From Marsupella aquatica (Eukaryota; Plantae; Marchantiophyta): a stretch of DNA of 15,774 bases. A program made the translations under genes and the position numbers. The notes under the pieces were generated by a model that did not search any database, was not told where the DNA came from, and saw nothing but the letters and a program-made list of their open reading frames with translations. Shown here one piece after another: positions 9,409-15,774 of the stretch (within the stretch, counting starts at the first letter, position 1; every line of letters begins with the position of its first letter). Location: positions 23,647,129 to 23,662,902 of the forward strand of contig OZ316897.1 of the NCBI GenBank assembly GCA_973895155.1, written 5' to 3'.

Positions 9409-10463
9409 GGGATGACACTGTAAACCCTAAACCATAAACCCTAAACCCTAAACGCTAACCCTTTTTTTTCTTTTTGCTATACTTGTCAAAAAAACGTGCT
9501 AGGCGAGCACGTAACGTTCCAAAACGTGCTATTTGCGCAAATCCACCAAAATGAAACGTTTTACCAATACTTTAAAAAAGTCAAAATTACATAAAAAGCC
9601 AACTACTCGTACCCCTAGTTGTGATCACCTCGTCGCGATAGGAGCGTGGACTCACTCCTAGTATGCATACATTGGGGGTGATTCACCCCCAATCTTGACC
9701 ATCCTCACCCCCAATGCACGCACCCCCAAAACTGGGGGCCACCCTCACCCTCAACCCCCATGGAACCCCTCCCCCACCCTCACCCCCAGCTCGTTACACC
9801 CCCAATGCTACATTAGGGTTGCACACGCCCCCATGTGCACGCACCCCCAAAATTGGGGGCCACCCTCACCCTCAACCCCCATGGAACCCCTCCCCCTCCC
9901 TCACCCCCAGCTCGTTACACCCCCAATGCTCAATTAGGGTTGCACACGCCCCCATGTGCACGCACCCCCAAAACTGGGGGCCACCCTCACCCTCAACCCC
10001 CATGGAACCCCTCCCCCTCCCTCACCCCCTGCTCGTTACACCCCCAATGCTACAGTAGGGTTGCACACGCCCCCATGTGCACGCACCCCCAAAACTGGGG
10101 GCCACCCTCACCCTCAACCCCCATGGAACCCCTCCCCCACCCTCACCCCCAGCTCGTTACACCCCCAATGCTCAATTAGGGTTGCACAGGCCCCCATGTG
10201 CACGCACCCCCAAAACTGGGGGCCACCCTCACCCTCAACCCCCATGGAACCCCTCCCCCACCCTCACCCCCAGCTCGTTACACCCCCAAAAGCTACAGTA
10301 GGGTGGCACTCGCCCCCTGGTACACGCACCCCGAAAATTGCGGGGTACCCCCACCCCTAGCCCCTCCAAAATGCGCACACAACAAACTGGGGGTCAAACT
10401 CACCCCCAATATTCAATAATCATACCAGTACTTAAAAAACTGGTATGCCACATGTGAAAACTG
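9409..10463 (+). repeat. 1055-bp unit, variant A (monomers 9714-10317)
   Basis: A-diagnostic variants and identical ORF translations. Confidence 0.97.
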
Positions 10464-11518
10464 GGGATGACACTGTAAACCCTAAACCATAAACCCTAAA
10501 CCCTAAACGCTAACCCTTTTTTTTCTTTTTGCTATACTTGTCAAAAAAACGTGCTAGGCGAGCACGTAACGTTCCAAAACGTGCTATTTGCGCAAATCCA
10601 CCAAAATGAAACGTTTTACCAATACTTTAAAAAAGTCAAAATTACATAAAAAGCCAACTACTCGTACCCCTAGTTGTGATCACCTCGTCGCGATAGGAGC
10701 GTGGACTCACTCCTAGTATGCATACATTGGGGGTGATTCACCCCCAATCTTGACCATCCTCACCCCCAATGCACGCACCCCCAAAACTGGGGGCCACCCT
10801 CACCCTCAACCCCCATGGAACCCCTCCCCCACCCTCACCCCCAGCTCGTTACACCCCCAATGCTACATTAGGGTTGCACAGGCCCCCATGTGCACGCACC
10901 CCCAAAACTGGGGGCCATCCTCACCCTCAACCCCCATGGAACCCCTCCCCCACCCTCACCCCCAGCTCGTTACACCCCCAATGCTCAATTAGGGTTGCAC
11001 ACGCCCCCATGTGCACGCACCCCCAAAACTGGGGGCCACCCTCACCCTCAACCCCCATGGAACCCCTCCCCCACCCTCACCCCCAGCTCGTTACACCCCC
11101 AATGCTACAGTAGGGTTGCACACGCCCCCATGTGCACGCACCCCCAAAACTGGGGGCCATCCTCACCCTCAACCCCCATGGAACCCCTCCCCCACCCTCA
11201 CCCCCAGCTCGTTACACCCCCAATGCTCAATTAGGGTTGCACACGCCCCCATGTGCACGCACCCCCAAAACTGGGGGCCACCCTCACCCTCAACCCCCAT
11301 GGAACCCCTCCCCCACCCTCACCCCCAGCTCGTTACACCCCCAAAAGCTACAGTAGGGTGGCACTCGCCCCCTGGTACACGCACCCCGAAAATTGCGGGG
11401 TACCCCCACCCCTAGCCCCTCCAAAATGCGCACACAACAAACTCGGGGTCAAACTCACCCCCAATATTCAATAATCATACCAGTACTTAAAAAACTGGTA
11501 TGCCACATGTGAAAACTG
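10464..11518 (+). repeat. 1055-bp unit, variant B (monomers 10769-11372)
   Basis: B-diagnostic variants and identical ORF translations. Confidence 0.97.
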
Positions 11519-12573
11519 GGGATGACACTGTAAACCCTAAACCATAAACCCTAAACCCTAAACGCTAACCCTTTTTTTTCTTTTTGCTATACTTGTCAAA
11601 AAAACGTGCTAGGCGAGCACGTAACGTTCCAAAACGTGCTATTTGCGCAAATCCACCAAAATGAAACGTTTTACCAATACTTTAAAAAAGTCAAAATTAC
11701 ATAAAAAGCCAACTACTCGTACCCCTAGTTGTGATCACCTCGTCGCGATAGGAGCGTGGACTCACTCCTAGTATGCATACATTGGGGGTGATTCACCCCC
11801 AATCTTGACCATCCTCACCCCCAATGCACGCACCCCCAAAACTGGGGGCCACCCTCACCCTCAACCCCCATGGAACCCCTCCCCCACCCTCACCCCCAGC
11901 TCGTTACACCCCCAATGCTACATTAGGGTTGCACACGCCCCCATGTGCACGCACCCCCAAAATTGGGGGCCACCCTCACCCTCAACCCCCATGGAACCCC
12001 TCCCCCTCCCTCACCCCCAGCTCGTTACACCCCCAATGCTCAATTAGGGTTGCACACGCCCCCATGTGCACGCACCCCCAAAACTGGGGGCCACCCTCAC
12101 CCTCAACCCCCATGGAACCCCTCCCCCTCCCTCACCCCCTGCTCGTTACACCCCCAATGCTACAGTAGGGTTGCACACGCCCCCATGTGCACGCACCCCC
12201 AAAACTGGGGGCCACCCTCACCCTCAACCCCCATGGAACCCCTCCCCCACCCTCACCCCCAGCTCGTTACACCCCCAATGCTCAATTAGGGTTGCACAGG
12301 CCCCCATGTGCACGCACCCCCAAAACTGGGGGCCACCCTCACCCTCAACCCCCATGGAACCCCTCCCCCACCCTCACCCCCAGCTCGTTACACCCCCAAA
12401 AGCTACAGTAGGGTGGCACTCGCCCCCTGGTACACGCACCCCGAAAATTGCGGGGTACCCCCACCCCTAGCCCCTCCAAAATGCGCACACAACAAACTGG
12501 GGGTCAAACTCACCCCCAATATTCAATAATCATACCAGTACTTAAAAAACTGGTATGCCACATGTGAAAACTG
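11519..12573 (+). repeat. 1055-bp unit, variant A (monomers 11824-12427)
   Basis: A-diagnostic variants and identical ORF translations. Confidence 0.97.
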
Positions 12574-14596
12574 GGGATGACACTGTAAACCCTAAACCAT
12601 AAACCCTAAACCCTAAACGCTAACCCTTTTTTTTCTTTTTGCTATACTTGTCAAAAAAACGTGCTAGGCGAGCACGTAACGTTCCAAAACGTGCTATTTG
12701 CGCAAATCCACCAAAATGAAACGTTTTACCAATACTTTAAAAAAGTCAAAATTACATAAAAAGCCAACTACTCGTACCCCTAGTTGTGATCACCTCGTCG
12801 CGATAGGAGCGTGGACTCACTCCTAGTATGCATACATTGGGGGTGATTCACCCCCAATCTTGACCATCCTCACCCCCAATGCACGCACCCCCAAAACTGG
12901 GGGCCACCCTCACCCTCAACCCCCATGGAACCCCTCCCCCACCCTCACCCCCAGCTCGTTACACCCCCAATGCTACATTAGGGTTGCACAGGCCCCCATG
13001 TGCACGCACCCCCAAAACTGGGGGCCATCCTCACCCTCAACCCCCATGGAACCCCTCCCCCACCCTCACCCCCAGCTCGTTACACCCCCAATGCTCAATT
13101 AGGGTTGCACACGCCCCCATGTGCACGCACCCCCAAAACTGGGGGCCACCCTCACCCTCAACCCCCATGGAACCCCTCCCCCACCCTCACCCCCAGCTCG
13201 TTACACCCCCAATGCTCAATTAGGGTTGCACACGCCCCCATGTGCACGCACCCCCAAAACTGGGGGCCATCCTCACCCTCAACCCCCATGGAACCCCTCC
13301 CCCACCCTCACCCCCAGCTCGTTACACCCCCAATGCTCAATTAGGGTTGCACACGCCCCCATGTGCACGCACCCCCAAAACTGGGGGCCACCCTCACCCT
13401 CAACCCCCATGGAACCCCTCCCCCACCCTCACCCCCAGCTCGTTACACCCCCAATGCTACAGTAGGGTTGCACACGCCCCCATGTGCACGCACCCCCAAA
13501 ATTGGGGGCCACCCTCACCCTCAACCCCCATGGAACCCCTCCCCCTCCCTCACCCCCAGCTCGTTACACCCCCAATGCTCAATTAGGGTTGCACACGCCC
13601 CCATGTGCACGCACCCCCAAAACTGGGGGCCACCCTCACCCTCAACCCCCATGGAACCCCTCCCCCTCCCTCACCCCCTGCTCGTTACACCCCCAATGCT
13701 ACAGTAGGGTTGCACACGCCCCCATGTGCACGCACCCCCAAAACTGGGGGCCACCCTCACCCTCAACCCCCATGGAACCCCTCCCCCTCCCTCACCCCCA
13801 GCTCGTTACACCCCCAATGCTCAATTAGGGTTGCACACGCCCCCATGTGCACGCACCCCCAAAACTGGGGGCCACCCTCACCCTCAACCCCCATGGAACC
13901 CCTCCCCCACCCTCACCCCCAGCTCGTTACACCCCCAATGCTCAATTAGGGTTGCACACGCCCCCATGTGCACGCACCCCCAAAACTGGGGGCCATCCTC
14001 ACCCTCAACCCCCATGGAACCCCTCCCCCACCCTCACCCCCAGCTCGTTACACCCCCAATGCTCAATTAGGGTTGCACACGCCCCCATGTGCACGCACCC
14101 CCAAAACTGGGGGCCACCCTCACCCTCAACCCCCATGGAACCCCTCCCCCACCCTCACCCCCAGCTCGTTACACCCCCAATGCTACAGTAGGGTTGCACA
14201 CGCCCCCATGTGCACGCACCCCCAAAACTGGGGGCCATCCTCACCCTCAACCCCCATGGAACCCCTCCCCCACCCTCACCCCCAGCTCGTTACACCCCCA
14301 ATGCTCAATTAGGGTTGCACACGCCCCCATGTGCACGCACCCCCAAAACTGGGGGCCACCCTCACCCTCAACCCCCATGGAACCCCTCCCCCACCCTCAC
14401 CCCCAGCTCGTTACACCCCCAAAAGCTACAGTAGGGTGGCACTCGCCCCCTGGTACACGCACCCCGAAAATTGCGGGGTACCCCCACCCCTAGCCCCTCC
14501 AAAATGCGCACACAACAAACTCGGGGTCAAACTCACCCCCAATATTCAATAATCATACCAGTACTTAAAAAACTGGTATGCCACATGTGAAAACTG
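12574..14596 (+). repeat. 2023-bp expanded unit B* (13 monomers at 12879-14450)
   Basis: Same 13-monomer variant order as 3166-5188 (+9408). Confidence 0.97.
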
Positions 14597-15651
14597 GGGA
14601 TGACACTGTAAACCCTAAACCATAAACCCTAAACCCTAAACGCTAACCCTTTTTTTTCTTTTTGCTATACTTGTCAAAAAAACGTGCTAGGCGAGCACGT
14701 AACGTTCCAAAACGTGCTATTTGCGCAAATCCACCAAAATGAAACGTTTTACCAATACTTTAAAAAAGTCAAAATTACATAAAAAGCCAACTACTCGTAC
14801 CCCTAGTTGTGATCACCTCGTCGCGATAGGAGCGTGGACTCACTCCTAGTATGCATACATTGGGGGTGATTCACCCCCAATCTTGACCATCCTCACCCCC
14901 AATGCACGCACCCCCAAAACTGGGGGCCACCCTCACCCTCAACCCCCATGGAACCCCTCCCCCACCCTCACCCCCAGCTCGTTACACCCCCAATGCTACA
15001 TTAGGGTTGCACACGCCCCCATGTGCACGCACCCCCAAAATTGGGGGCCACCCTCACCCTCAACCCCCATGGAACCCCTCCCCCTCCCTCACCCCCAGCT
15101 CGTTACACCCCCAATGCTCAATTAGGGTTGCACACGCCCCCATGTGCACGCACCCCCAAAACTGGGGGCCACCCTCACCCTCAACCCCCATGGAACCCCT
15201 CCCCCTCCCTCACCCCCTGCTCGTTACACCCCCAATGCTACAGTAGGGTTGCACACGCCCCCATGTGCACGCACCCCCAAAACTGGGGGCCACCCTCACC
15301 CTCAACCCCCATGGAACCCCTCCCCCACCCTCACCCCCAGCTCGTTACACCCCCAATGCTCAATTAGGGTTGCACAGGCCCCCATGTGCACGCACCCCCA
15401 AAACTGGGGGCCACCCTCACCCTCAACCCCCATGGAACCCCTCCCCCACCCTCACCCCCAGCTCGTTACACCCCCAAAAGCTACAGTAGGGTGGCACTCG
15501 CCCCCTGGTACACGCACCCCGAAAATTGCGGGGTACCCCCACCCCTAGCCCCTCCAAAATGCGCACACAACAAACTGGGGGTCAAACTCACCCCCAATAT
15601 TCAATAATCATACCAGTACTTAAAAAACTGGTATGCCACATGTGAAAACTG
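14597..15651 (+). repeat. 1055-bp unit, variant A (monomers 14902-15505)
   Basis: A-diagnostic variants and identical ORF translations. Confidence 0.97.
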
Positions 15652-15774
15652 GGGATGACACTGTAAACCCTAAACCATAAACCCTAAACCCTAAACGCTA
15701 ACCCTTTTTTTTCTTTTTGCTATACTTGTCAAAAAAACGTGCTAGGCGAGCACGTAACGTTCCAAAACGTGCTA
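15652..15774 (+). repeat. Partial unit (spacer only), truncated by window end
   Basis: Matches positions 1-123. Confidence 0.95.

Larger units (their letters stand above)
1..15774. repeat. Higher-order tandem repeat (satellite) array filling the window, open at both ends
   Basis: GGGATGACACTGTAAACCCT recurs at 1, 1056, 2111, 3166, 5189, 6244, 7299, 8354, 9409, 10464, 11519, 12574, 14597 and 15652. Spacings are 1055 bp, or 2023 bp (1055 + 8x121). No unique sequence was seen. Confidence 0.99.
9409..15774. repeat. 9408-bp higher-order unit, copy 2 (truncated by window end)
   Basis: Order A-B-A-B*-A-(partial) matches positions 1-6366, with the same monomer variant order. Confidence 0.85.

Noticed and set aside
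287-15607. Pro/His-rich ORFs of 73-134 aa (extensin- or mucin-like appearance)
   Set aside because: They start once per monomer and overlap in all three frames. Because 121 is not a multiple of 3, each passes through up to three frames of the monomer before a stop. Proline content simply reflects the C-runs.
1-15774. CRISPR array or other repeat-spacer memory system
   Set aside because: There are no unique spacers; all intervening sequences are identical copies, and no cas or other protein-coding gene is present.

Overview
The whole window is a non-coding, hierarchically organised tandem repeat, with no credible gene. Level 1 is a C-rich 121-bp monomer (81 copies). Level 2 is a 1055-bp unit: 5 monomers, two degenerate half-monomers and a ~360-bp palindrome-rich, more AT-rich spacer carrying about 6 degenerate CCCTAAA (TTTAGGG-type) telomere-like repeats. 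Level 3 is strict alternation of two unit variants, A and B (9 substitutions; 2110-bp period). Level 4 is a 9408-bp period, A-B-A-B*-A-B-A-B, where B* is expanded by exactly 8 monomers (968 bp) and contains A-type monomers. By eye and from the ORF track, equivalent copies are identical, which implies very recent amplification or an assembly/consensus effect. All listed ORFs are Pro-rich by-products of the repeat. The best mechanistic hypothesis (inference only) is a tandemly amplified non-autonomous rolling-circle (Helitron/Helentron-like) element with central tandem repeats that is becoming a higher-order satellite. The host is probably a eukaryote with TTTAGGG telomeres.
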